A program made the translations under genes and the position numbers. A stretch of 56,048 nt of DNA from a virus. Taxonomy: Duplodnaviria > Caudoviricetes. How positions within the stretch are numbered: position 1 is the stretch's first letter; every line of letters begins with the position of its first letter. The notes beneath the pieces were generated by a model. That model had not been told where the DNA came from and did not search any database. It saw only the letters and a program-made list of their open reading frames with translations. The stretch covers positions 1 to 56,048 of IMG/VR virus record IMGVR_UViG_3300032286_000209; one strand, written 5' to 3'. Shown piece by piece: positions 35,141 to 43,290 of this stretch.

Positions 35141-35210
35141 CTTCCTAACTTAATACAATTCTAGACGCCATCAGAGATGGCATAAGAATTGTCTCAATTA
35201 AGTTAGGAAG
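35141..35210. repeat. Long imperfect hairpin 2 (28 bp)
   Basis: 35141-54/35197-210, 35155-62/35185-92 and 35167-72/35176-81 are complementary. Confidence 0.92.
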
Positions 35211-35272
35211 CCGCACACGAGGCTTTTTAGTGGCTATCAATATCTGCACTTTTTGTTGGCGATCTTTTCTGT

Positions 35273-35292
35273 GGTGGATAAACTGTGGATAA
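35273..35292. promoter_or_regulatory. Tandem DnaA boxes
   Basis: TGTGGATAA (35284-92, exact reverse complement of TTATCCACA) and GGTGGATAA (35273-81, 1 mismatch). Confidence 0.6.
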
Positions 35293-35302
35293 CTTCAAAG
35301 CA

Positions 35303-35379
35303 CTGTCGATTTATACAGCACTGGATAGCACTGGCTTTTTGTACAGCATCGGGGCTGGATAGACTGGGTTTTAGTACAG
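35303..35379. promoter_or_regulatory. Three LexA (SOS)-type boxes, CTG-N10-CAG
   Basis: CTGTcgatttatACAG 35303-18; CTGGctttttgtACAG 35331-46; CTGGgttttagtACAG 35364-79. Confidence 0.7.
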
Positions 35380-35674
35380 TATAGTCTGCCGGTATATTCT
35401 ATATACCGCCTCGCTGATGTCGGGGTAGTGCTTAAAAAAGAGGCAGTTTCCAACAATAGTTTGATTCTGAGCTGATTCCGTATCAGAATGCAGTCTTATG
35501 TAACCCCTTGAATTCATTGAGTATTCAGTATTCAAGGTGAATTCTAATGCATTCAAAAGGATCACCTGACTTCATTGACTTCCAAAAGACAATTAATTCT
35601 GGAGATCTGCACCCCTAGGCGCAGCTATACGCAGCCCTGTGCAGCCCTGCGCGGCGGCGTGTGCGCGGCTAGGT

Positions 35675-35700
35675 GGGGGCGGGCGTGGGCCACCGGGGGG
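35675..35700 (+). other. G-quadruplex-like tract in a GC-rich island (candidate terminus/packaging region)
   Basis: GGGGG-c-GGG-cgt-GGG-ccacc-GGGGGG. Confidence 0.45.
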
Positions 35701-36013
35701 TATGGCGCTATATGTGTATGGCCTAGCACACAGAAGGGGATTTTAAGATTAGCAACTATAGTTGTAGACCTACACAGCCATCCCATCCAAATCAGCTAAA
35801 AACAAGGCACAGGCTACCTAGCCCTTGGCTGTTGGAGAAAGAGGCTGTAAAGACCGATAGAGTGCCTTGCTGAGGAATCGGCAATGGAAAGAGATGCTGA
35901 CAGTGAAAGCACTTCAAACAACGATCTCTTAGTTTCCGGACAATAGGAGGGAATCAGCCTATGCTGCCTAAAAATTAAGCAGATAGCATAGTTGTTGTTT
36001 CTTAACCACATCC

Positions 36014-36042
36014 TTGCACAGCCTGTTGCTTTGTGCTATCAT
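36014..36042 (+). promoter_or_regulatory. Sigma70-like promoter for the late arm
   Basis: TTGCAC-17 nt-TATCAT with extended TG. Confidence 0.5.
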
Positions 36043-36297
36043 CTGTGTCATACCTCTGTCTGTGGGGGGTAGGGGGGCTATGAAGTTCTTCACAGATGCT
36101 GATAGCGTTGTAAGCGTTAATAGCGATAAAGCAGAATTAATCTTCTTACTTTAATTATCTTTATACTCTTTATTCTGGCTATATAGTGGTAATTCCTCTA
36201 TATAGTAGCTGATGTATACTTAAGCTTTAATATATCTAATTTCTCTATATAAGCAACTTCTATGCCACTTAAAGCACTTATGCTATAATTTCACATT

Positions 36298-36588
36298 ATG
36301 AAATCGACAGTGAAAGACTATTCCTTTTTGTTAAAAACAAAAGAACAGCTAGATGCTAAGGGATTGTTATCTTCTCCACCTTATTCCGTGATGTCAGAGA
36401 TCTATATAGCTATGCACAATGATAAACTTGAGACAGTGCATATCCCTCACAGTGATGTTTACTTTGTTAGAACTGCTTTAGAAAAGCGTACAGGTTATTG
36501 GTTCCCTCTTGATGCTGTTGAATATGCAATGAAGCAAGAGGGATGGAATGACAGAAAAGGAACTAGCAGGTTTTCTGTTAGCGAATAG
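36298..36588 (+). CDS. Hypothetical protein, first gene of the late arm
   Basis: HIPHSDVYFVR motif; TGcTATAAT ends 8 nt upstream. Confidence 0.7.
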   Translation: MKSTVKDYSFLLKTKEQLDAKGLLSSPPYSVMSEIYIAMHNDKLETVHIPHSDVYFVRTALEKRTGYWFPLDAVEYAMKQEGWNDRKGTSRFSVSE

Positions 36589-36591
36589 CAA

Positions 36592-36864
36592 ATGCAAATT
36601 AAAAGAGGAACAGAAACATTCAGCGGCTACAACAAGCCTAAGGCTACACCATCGCATCCAACTAAGAGCCATGTTGTGTTGGCTAAAGAAGGGGATAAGG
36701 TTAAGCTTATTCGTTTTGGACAGCAGGGTGTTAAAGGTGCTGGAGCTAATCCAACTACAGAGAAAGACAAAGCCAGACAGAAGAGCTTCAAAGCAAGACA
36801 CGCTAAGGAGATAGCGATAGGTAAGATGTCAGCGGGATACTGGGCTGATAAAGTTAAATGGTGA
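36592..36864 (+). CDS. Conserved small basic phage protein
   Basis: GYNKPKATPSHPTKSH...IRFGQQG...KSFKARH...AGYWA. Confidence 0.75.
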   Translation: MQIKRGTETFSGYNKPKATPSHPTKSHVVLAKEGDKVKLIRFGQQGVKGAGANPTTEKDKARQKSFKARHAKEIAIGKMSAGYWADKVKW

Positions 36865-36896
36865 TATAACTACGAGTAGTTTTTAAAGGAAACAAA

Positions 36897-37169
36897 ATGG
36901 CAACAGCAACACCGGAAGAGAAAGTAGCAATGTACAGAGAGAAGGCTAAAGACAAAGCTTTGCCTCAAGATGTGCGTAATGCTTATTTGGACAAGGCCAC
37001 AGCGCTAGAAGCCAAAGCCTACGAAGAAACCAAAGCCGGTTCTACGAAGTCTAACACCCCTCCTAAATACAATATGGGTGGTGCTGTTAAGAAGCCCATG
37101 ATGTATGCCAAAGGCGGCTATGTCAATTGCGGGGCTTCGGTTCCTCCTGCTCAGAAAGCGAAGAAATAA
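36897..37169 (+). CDS. Small basic protein with two xxxGG tags
   Basis: YNMGGAV, YAKGGYV; SD AAGGA. Confidence 0.7.
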   Translation: MATATPEEKVAMYREKAKDKALPQDVRNAYLDKATALEAKAYEETKAGSTKSNTPPKYNMGGAVKKPMMYAKGGYVNCGASVPPAQKAKK

Positions 37170-37171
37170 TT

Positions 37172-37351
37172 ATGGCAACTAAGACTGTTGCTTTAAATAG
37201 ATCGTTGTATGGATCTAAAGCCTCTGCGCTAAAGCGGGAGAGAAAAGATCAGAAGAGAGACATAGCAATGAATCAAGAATTGTTAGGCATGGCTAAAGGT
37301 GGTGCTGTCAAGAAAAGCGCCAAATCTCCCGCTCCAAAAGGAAAGAAATAA
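37172..37351 (+). CDS. Small basic protein with MAKGG tag
   Basis: MATKTVAL...MAKGGAVKK. Confidence 0.65.
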   Translation: MATKTVALNRSLYGSKASALKRERKDQKRDIAMNQELLGMAKGGAVKKSAKSPAPKGKK

Positions 37352-37352
37352 A

Positions 37353-37610
37353 ATGGCACTCACTAAGAAAATCACTGAAGGCAAAGAAACCTATGCTTCC
37401 AAAGCTGCAATGATGAAGCATGAGAAGAAAGAGCCGATGAAGAAAGAGATGAAAGAAGAGAAGCAAGAGAAGATGATGATGGCTAAGGGTGGTGCTGTCA
37501 AGAAGGGTGCTAAGTCTCCTGCTATTGCTCTCATCATCGGCATGGCTAAGCCCAAAGGTAAAGCTACTATGATGAACAAGGGCGGCATGGCTAAGGGCAA
37601 GAAGTGCTGA
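37353..37610 (+). CDS. Lys/Met-rich small protein with two xxxGG tags
   Basis: YASKAAMMKHEKKE...MAKGGAVKK...MNKGGMAK. Confidence 0.7.
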   Translation: MALTKKITEGKETYASKAAMMKHEKKEPMKKEMKEEKQEKMMMAKGGAVKKGAKSPAIALIIGMAKPKGKATMMNKGGMAKGKKC

Positions 37611-37611
37611 T

Positions 37612-37776
37612 ATGGCTACGAAACTTTCTAAGAAGCAAACTGCTAAAGTGGGTAAAGTGATGGGCGAGTTTAAGGGCAAGTCTTTGCATAGCGGCAAAGG
37701 TGGCCCTGTGGTGAAAAATCCAAAGCAAGCCATTGCCATTGCCCTATCTGAAGCTTCTAAGCTAAAGAAGAAGTAA
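37612..37776 (+). CDS. Small basic protein (DUF6496-like)
   Basis: Read manually: KVGKVMGEFKGKSLHSGKGGPVVKNPKQAIAIALSEA. Confidence 0.75.
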   Translation: MATKLSKKQTAKVGKVMGEFKGKSLHSGKGGPVVKNPKQAIAIALSEASKLKKK

Positions 37777-37779
37777 GCT

Positions 37780-38148
37780 ATGCCGTTAGAGATAGCAACT
37801 AAGTTTAAGACAGAGGGGCAGAGCATCACCGCTACAGCAGCGGGTGCTAGCGCCCAAGTTTTATACACTTGCCCTAATAATTATTCAGGCATTGTTAAGT
37901 TTTTAAACATCTCTGCTGGCACATCAGGCAATAAAAAAATATCTGTTCAGATTTATCACGATGAAACTGCTCAGTACGATTATTTATTGAATACTCATGA
38001 TATGACAGCACATTCTACTTTCAATGTGTTGAGTGGGAATACGTTCTCTCTACATCAAAGAGATAAGATTGTTGCTTTTACAGACACAGCAAATAATTTT
38101 GATATTGTTATATCGGTAGACGAATACTTTGACCCTGTAAGGAAATAA
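37780..38148 (+). CDS. Putative small beta-rich virion protein
   Basis: LYTCP motif, alternating beta-strand pattern. Confidence 0.6.
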   Translation: MPLEIATKFKTEGQSITATAAGASAQVLYTCPNNYSGIVKFLNISAGTSGNKKISVQIYHDETAQYDYLLNTHDMTAHSTFNVLSGNTFSLHQRDKIVAFTDTANNFDIVISVDEYFDPVRK

Positions 38149-38149
38149 T

Positions 38150-38326
38150 ATGGCTACTAAGAAATGGATCCAAGAAGCAATTAAGAAACCCGGGGCTTTG
38201 CGGGAATCGCTTGGAGTTAAAGCAGGTAAGACTATTCCAACTAAGGCATTGGCTAAGGCAGCTAAAGCCCCCGGTAAATTGGGTCAACGTGCTAGACTTG
38301 CTGAGACACTGAAAAAGATGAAGTGA
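38150..38326 (+). CDS. Small basic protein
   Basis: Read manually: KWIQEAIKKPGALRESLG...LGQRARLAETLKKM. Confidence 0.75.
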   Translation: MATKKWIQEAIKKPGALRESLGVKAGKTIPTKALAKAAKAPGKLGQRARLAETLKKMK

Positions 38327-38508
38327 TGGCTACCACAAAGAAAGGCGCTGTTGCTACTCCTTACACTAAGCCCACATTGAGAAAGAAGATATTGTCTCAG
38401 GTGAAGGCTGCTGCTGTTCAAGGCACTGCCGCTGGTCAATGGTCAGCTAGAAAAGCACAGCTTGTGGCTAAGAAATACAAAGCTGCTGGTGGCGACTACA
38501 AAACATGA
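38326..38508 (+). CDS. Small basic protein
   Basis: YTKPTLRK...GQWSARKAQL...YKAAGG. Confidence 0.75.
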   Translation: MATTKKGAVATPYTKPTLRKKILSQVKAAAVQGTAAGQWSARKAQLVAKKYKAAGGDYKT

Positions 38509-38738
38509 AAGCCTCTCAGAAATCTCTGAAGGATTGGACAGAGCAGAAGTGGCAGACTAAATCTGGTAAGCCTTCTTCTAAGACAGGGGAGCGCTACCTG
38601 CCAGCAGCAGTAATCAAAGCTCTGACACCTGCGGAATATGCTTCCACTACAAAGGCTAAGCGGGCAGGTAAAGCTAAAGGGAAACAATTTGTAGCACAGC
38701 CTAAGTCTGTTGCTGCTAAAACAGCGAGGTACAGATAA
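38505..38738 (+). CDS. Small basic protein (DUF5872-like)
   Basis: QKSLKDWTEQKW.TKSGKPS..TGERYLP...GKQFVAQP. Confidence 0.75.
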   Translation: MKASQKSLKDWTEQKWQTKSGKPSSKTGERYLPAAVIKALTPAEYASTTKAKRAGKAKGKQFVAQPKSVAAKTARYR

Positions 38739-39109
38739 TGGCAAAAGAACTGAACGATAAGCAAAAGAAATTCCTAGAGGTGTTGTTTGAAGAGGCAGCA
38801 GGTAATCCTGTTGTTGCTAAGCGGCTGGCTGGATTCTCTGAAGGCTATTCCACCAAAGAACTAATCAACTCCTTGAAGGAAGAGATTGCTGAAGCCACCA
38901 CACTATATATTGCAATGAATGCTCCACGCGCTGCGTGTGCTATAATTAGTGGCATTGAAAGTCCTACGCAATTGGGCCTCAAAGAAAAACTTAGTGCTGC
39001 TAAAGATATGCTTGATAGAGCAGGTCATGTGAAGACAGACAAGGTGCAGGTTGAGGCAATGAATGGTGTGATGATTTTGCCAGCGAAGGACAGATCCGAG
39101 GAAGACTAA
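38738..39109 (+). CDS. Putative terminase small subunit
   Basis: N-terminal HTH-like LNDKQKKFL...AKRLAGF, AAKDMLDRAG; upstream of TerL. Confidence 0.6.
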   Translation: MAKELNDKQKKFLEVLFEEAAGNPVVAKRLAGFSEGYSTKELINSLKEEIAEATTLYIAMNAPRAACAIISGIESPTQLGLKEKLSAAKDMLDRAGHVKTDKVQVEAMNGVMILPAKDRSEED

Positions 39110-39555
39110 TGAGTGAACGCACCGCTGGCAAGTGGATATTGCCACAGCCAGAGGGAGGTAAAGAATATGTTTCAGTACCCCAGCTTTCTAGAACGGTTCC
39201 ATTTGGTTATAAGAAGGATGAAGAAAATCAGGGGTGGCTTCTCCCCATCCCAAAAGAGCTAGACGCTCTTGAGCAAGCGAAGAAATACCTAAAGCAATAC
39301 TCGTATAGGCAGGTTGCTGATTGGTTAACGGAAGCATCTGGTAGACAAATTTCTCACGCAGGACTTAAGAGTAGAATAGAACATGAGCAGTCGAACAGGA
39401 GAAAATCTTCAACTTACCGCCTCCTTGCCCAGCGGTACGAAGAAGCCCTTAGGAAGGCCGAAGAGTACGAAAAGAGGATCGGCTCAGAAGGAAGCTACTT
39501 CAAGTCCGACCACTACAGAGACATCTCCTCCAGCTTCAGAAGTGGTGATATCTAG
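39109..39555 (+). CDS. Putative DNA-binding protein (recombinase-type HTH)
   Basis: RTVPFGY...SYRQVADWL...GRQISHAGL. Confidence 0.6.
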   Translation: MSERTAGKWILPQPEGGKEYVSVPQLSRTVPFGYKKDEENQGWLLPIPKELDALEQAKKYLKQYSYRQVADWLTEASGRQISHAGLKSRIEHEQSNRRKSSTYRLLAQRYEEALRKAEEYEKRIGSEGSYFKSDHYRDISSSFRSGDI

Positions 39556-40969
39556 CGCTGTACAGGCTCCTGCACAGAACATCATCTTTAAGCCCAACGC
39601 AGGGCCACAAACATATTTCCTATCTGCCTCAGAGCGTGAGGTGTTGTACGGCGGTGCTGCTGGTGGCGGCAAAAGCTACGCCATGCTAGCAGATCCGCTA
39701 CGCTATCTAGGCCATCCTCAATTCTCTGGCCTGTTGTTACGCCACACAACAGAGGAACTCCGAGAACTTATCTGGAAAAGCCAAGAAATTTATCCCAAAA
39801 TTTATCCCAACATTAAGTGGAGTGAGCGGAAGATGCAGTGGGTTGCCCCATCTGGCGCTAGATTGTGGATGTCATACCTAGATAGAGATGAAGATGTGCT
39901 TCGTTATCAGGGATTGGCATTTAGCTGGATTGGTTTTGATGAGCTAACCCAGTGGCATACCCCGTTTGCGTGGAACTACATGAGGTCACGGCTGCGTACT
40001 CCTGCTGCTGACCTGCCAATTTACATGAGAGCCACCACAAATCCGGGTGGGCCGGGTCATGCTTGGGTGAAGAAGATGTTTATTGACCCAGCACCGGCAG
40101 GAAAAGCGTTCTGGGCCACCGACATTGACACTGCCACCACCCTATCCTACCCCAAAGGACACTCCAAAGAGGGACAACCGCTGTTCAAACGCAGGTTTAT
40201 ACCCGCAATGCTCACCGATAACCCCTATTTGGCTGAGACAGGCGACTACGAAACCATGTTGTTGTCCCTTCCAGAGCATCAACGCAAGCAATTACTGGAA
40301 GGAAACTGGGATATTGCAGAGGGAGCAGCGTTTCCTGAGTTTAATAGGGCCATACATGTGGTAGAACCCTTTGATATTCCACATAACTGGGTTAAATTTA
40401 GGGCTTGTGATTATGGATATGGTAGTTATAGCGCTGTTGTATGGTTTGCTGTCACCCCAAGTGAGCAATTGGTCATCTATCGTGAGCTTTATGTATCAAA
40501 GGTGTTGGCAAAAGACTTAGCTAGGATGGTGATACAGGCAGAAGAGAACGATGGCACTATGAGATACGGGGTGCTAGACAGTAGCTGCTGGCATAAGCGT
40601 GGTGATACAGGGCCATCACTGGCAGAACAGATGATTATGGAGGGATGTCGCTGGCGACCCTCCGATAGAAGCGCAGGAAGCAGGGTTTCGGGGAAGAATG
40701 AGCTACATAGAAGGCTACAGCTTGATCCGTTTACAGATATGCCAAGAATGGTTATAACTAGTAACTGCGTGAACACTATAGCTCAGCTTCCTATTATCCC
40801 TTTGGATAAAAGAAATCCAGAGGACATTGACACTAAAGCGGAAGACCATCTTTATGATGCAATTCGCTATGGAATTATGAGTCGCCCCCGCAGTAGCTTG
40901 TTTGATTATGACCCAGCTAATCCCAAGCAGTACGGGATGAAGGTGGCAGACCCAGTTTTTGGTTATTGA
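39383..40969 (+). CDS. Terminase large subunit (start uncertain; possibly GTG at 39542/39545)
   Basis: YGGAAGGGKS Walker A, FDELTQ Walker B, TTNPGG, DYGY RNase H-like nuclease, DHLYDAIRY. Confidence 0.95.
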   Translation: MSSRTGENLQLTASLPSGTKKPLGRPKSTKRGSAQKEATSSPTTTETSPPASEVVISSAVQAPAQNIIFKPNAGPQTYFLSASEREVLYGGAAGGGKSYAMLADPLRYLGHPQFSGLLLRHTTEELRELIWKSQEIYPKIYPNIKWSERKMQWVAPSGARLWMSYLDRDEDVLRYQGLAFSWIGFDELTQWHTPFAWNYMRSRLRTPAADLPIYMRATTNPGGPGHAWVKKMFIDPAPAGKAFWATDIDTATTLSYPKGHSKEGQPLFKRRFIPAMLTDNPYLAETGDYETMLLSLPEHQRKQLLEGNWDIAEGAAFPEFNRAIHVVEPFDIPHNWVKFRACDYGYGSYSAVVWFAVTPSEQLVIYRELYVSKVLAKDLARMVIQAEENDGTMRYGVLDSSCWHKRGDTGPSLAEQMIMEGCRWRPSDRSAGSRVSGKNELHRRLQLDPFTDMPRMVITSNCVNTIAQLPIIPLDKRNPEDIDTKAEDHLYDAIRYGIMSRPRSSLFDYDPANPKQYGMKVADPVFGY

Positions 40970-40982
40970 ATTAAGGAATAAT

Positions 40983-43085
40983 ATGGTAGAGAAGCAACAA
41001 TCGCTAGGAGATAAAAGCTTAGCCCTTAACGATGTTAAGTCAACAGAGGATGTTGATGTTGAGGGCAGTGGCATTATTGCCTATGTGGAAGAACGCTTCA
41101 CTCGCTCTGAAACAAGCCGAAAACAAGACGAAGCTAGATGGCTTCGTGCCTATCGCAACTATCGTGGCATCTATGGCACTGATGTTCAATTCACTGAACA
41201 TGAGAAATCGCGTGTCTTCATCAAAGTTACGAAGACAAAGACGCTGGCTGCTTACGGACAAATCATTGAAGTATTATTCTCCAACAATAAGTTTCCTCTC
41301 AGCGTAGACCCCACTGTCTTGCCTGACGGTGTTGTAGAGAATGTCCACTTCGATCCAAGCGATAAGACACCTCCATCAGAGAAGAAGCAAACAGAGATTC
41401 CTTTTGGTGAAGAAGGCGGCAAATCTATCTCCAGCGGATTCACTCTAGACAATCTAGAGGAAATGCTTGGGGCAATGAAGGATGAGCTTAAAGACATCCC
41501 CAACTTAAAAGAAGGGCCGGGAGTTACGCCCACCTCTGTCACATTTAGTCCTGCTATGGTGGCAGCTAAGAAGATGGAGAAGAAAATCCATGATCAGCTA
41601 GATGAGACAGGAGCTTCTAAGCATCTGCGCTCTACAGCTTTTGAGATGGCATTGTTTGGCACTGGCGTTATGAAAGGCCCGTTTGCCGTAAACAAAGAAT
41701 ATCCTAGCTGGGACGCTGACGGTAAATACAAGCCAACAATTAAGACAGTGCCCGAAGCTTCTCATGTTTCCATCTGGAACTTCTATTGGGATCCTGATGC
41801 TAACAACACTGGTGATTGCCAATACACCATTGAGAGACACAAGATGTCTCGCACCCAACTGAGGGCTTTGAAGAAGCGTCCCCACTTCCGCGCCAATGTC
41901 ATTGACCAAATCATTGAAGAAGGCGAAGGCTATGTAAAGAAATATTGGGAAGACGATCTCAAAGACTATGCTCCTACATTTGGAGTTGAGCGCTTTGAAG
42001 TGCTGGAATACTGGGGCAATGTAGACATTGCTTTGTTGGAAGAGAACGAAGTGGATATTCCTGAGGACATGAAAGACTCTGGAGAATTACAGGCCAACAT
42101 CTGGTATTGCAACGGCAAAATCTTGAGGCTTGTTCTCAACCCATTCAAGCCCTCGCGCATTCCCTATTACGCTGTTCCCTACGAACTCAATCCCTACTCC
42201 CTTGCTGGTGTCGGCATTGGTGAGAACATGGATGATACACAGACATTGATGAATGGCTTCATGCGTATGGCTGTTGATAACGCTGTGTTGTCTGGTAATT
42301 TGATATTTGAAATTGATGAAACCAACCTTGTCCCCGGTCAAGACTTGTCTGTCTATCCCGGCAAGGTGTTCCGCAGACAAGGGGGCGCTCCGGGGCAGTC
42401 GCTGTTTGGAACTAAGTTTCCGAATGTGTCCAATGAGAACCTGCAATTGTTTGATAAGGCTAGACAGCTAGCAGATGAGTCTACAGGACTTGCGTCTTTC
42501 TCGCATGGTCAAACAGGAGTACAGGGCGTAGGACGCACTGCCAGTGGCATCAGCATGTTGATGAATGCCGCCAGCGGTAATATCAAAACGGTTATTAAGA
42601 ATGTTGATGACTACCTGCTTGCTCCATTAGGAGAAGCATTCTTCAACTTCAACATGCAGTTTGATTACGATCCAGCAATCAAAGGCGACTTGGAAGTTTC
42701 TGCCAAAGGTACAGAGAGCTTGATGGCTAACGAAGTTAGAAGTCAGCGCTTGATGCAATTCTTGCAGATTGCTAGCCAGCCTTCTCTTGCTCCGTTTGCT
42801 AAGTTCCCCTACATCATCCGTGAGATTGCTAAGAGCATGGACTTGGATCCAGAGAAGGTAACTAACAACATGGATGAGGCTTTGAAGCAAGCGTTCCTAA
42901 TTCAGCAGAATGCTCCCCCAGCACCTCCCGGCCTTCCTCCCGGTGCTGCCCCTCAAGGCGCTCCTCCACAGGGCGTAGCTGGCCCTCCAAGCGTTGCAGA
43001 CATGAGCGGCGGTGGTGGTGGCAACATTGGTATTGGTGCGGCCCCAGCCCCCGGAGAACAAGGATTTAGTGGCAATGCAGGATAA
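40983..43085 (+). CDS. Portal protein
   Basis: ~700 aa after TerL; LFGTGVMK, DPDA, TASGISML; Pro/Gly-rich tail. Confidence 0.88.
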   Translation: MVEKQQSLGDKSLALNDVKSTEDVDVEGSGIIAYVEERFTRSETSRKQDEARWLRAYRNYRGIYGTDVQFTEHEKSRVFIKVTKTKTLAAYGQIIEVLFSNNKFPLSVDPTVLPDGVVENVHFDPSDKTPPSEKKQTEIPFGEEGGKSISSGFTLDNLEEMLGAMKDELKDIPNLKEGPGVTPTSVTFSPAMVAAKKMEKKIHDQLDETGASKHLRSTAFEMALFGTGVMKGPFAVNKEYPSWDADGKYKPTIKTVPEASHVSIWNFYWDPDANNTGDCQYTIERHKMSRTQLRALKKRPHFRANVIDQIIEEGEGYVKKYWEDDLKDYAPTFGVERFEVLEYWGNVDIALLEENEVDIPEDMKDSGELQANIWYCNGKILRLVLNPFKPSRIPYYAVPYELNPYSLAGVGIGENMDDTQTLMNGFMRMAVDNAVLSGNLIFEIDETNLVPGQDLSVYPGKVFRRQGGAPGQSLFGTKFPNVSNENLQLFDKARQLADESTGLASFSHGQTGVQGVGRTASGISMLMNAASGNIKTVIKNVDDYLLAPLGEAFFNFNMQFDYDPAIKGDLEVSAKGTESLMANEVRSQRLMQFLQIASQPSLAPFAKFPYIIREIAKSMDLDPEKVTNNMDEALKQAFLIQQNAPPAPPGLPPGAAPQGAPPQGVAGPPSVADMSGGGGGNIGIGAAPAPGEQGFSGNAG

Positions 43086-43290
43086 GACTTATCTCTCTAA
43101 GCTGAAAGCTCTGGTTTCTAACAACAACCAGTGGAATGGCTTTTGTGAAATGCTTCAATTCAATATTGAGCAGCAACAGCGCAAGCTGGAACAGGCATCA
43201 GACCCACGCGAAATCTATCAAGCTCAAGGAGCTATAACTGCGCTTCGTCAATTGAAATATCTCAAGGAAGAAATAAATGCGAACAAATAA
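43075..43290 (+). CDS. Small post-portal protein
   Basis: IYQAQG...LRQLKYLKEEIN motif; ATG overlaps the end of the portal gene. Confidence 0.7.
   Translation: MQDKTYLSKLKALVSNNNQWNGFCEMLQFNIEQQQRKLEQASDPREIYQAQGAITALRQLKYLKEEINANK

Noticed and set aside
35371-36011. ORFs 35371-35565, 35575-35799 and 35814-36011
   Set aside because: No SD, atypical composition, and they overlap regulatory repeats; region treated as non-coding.
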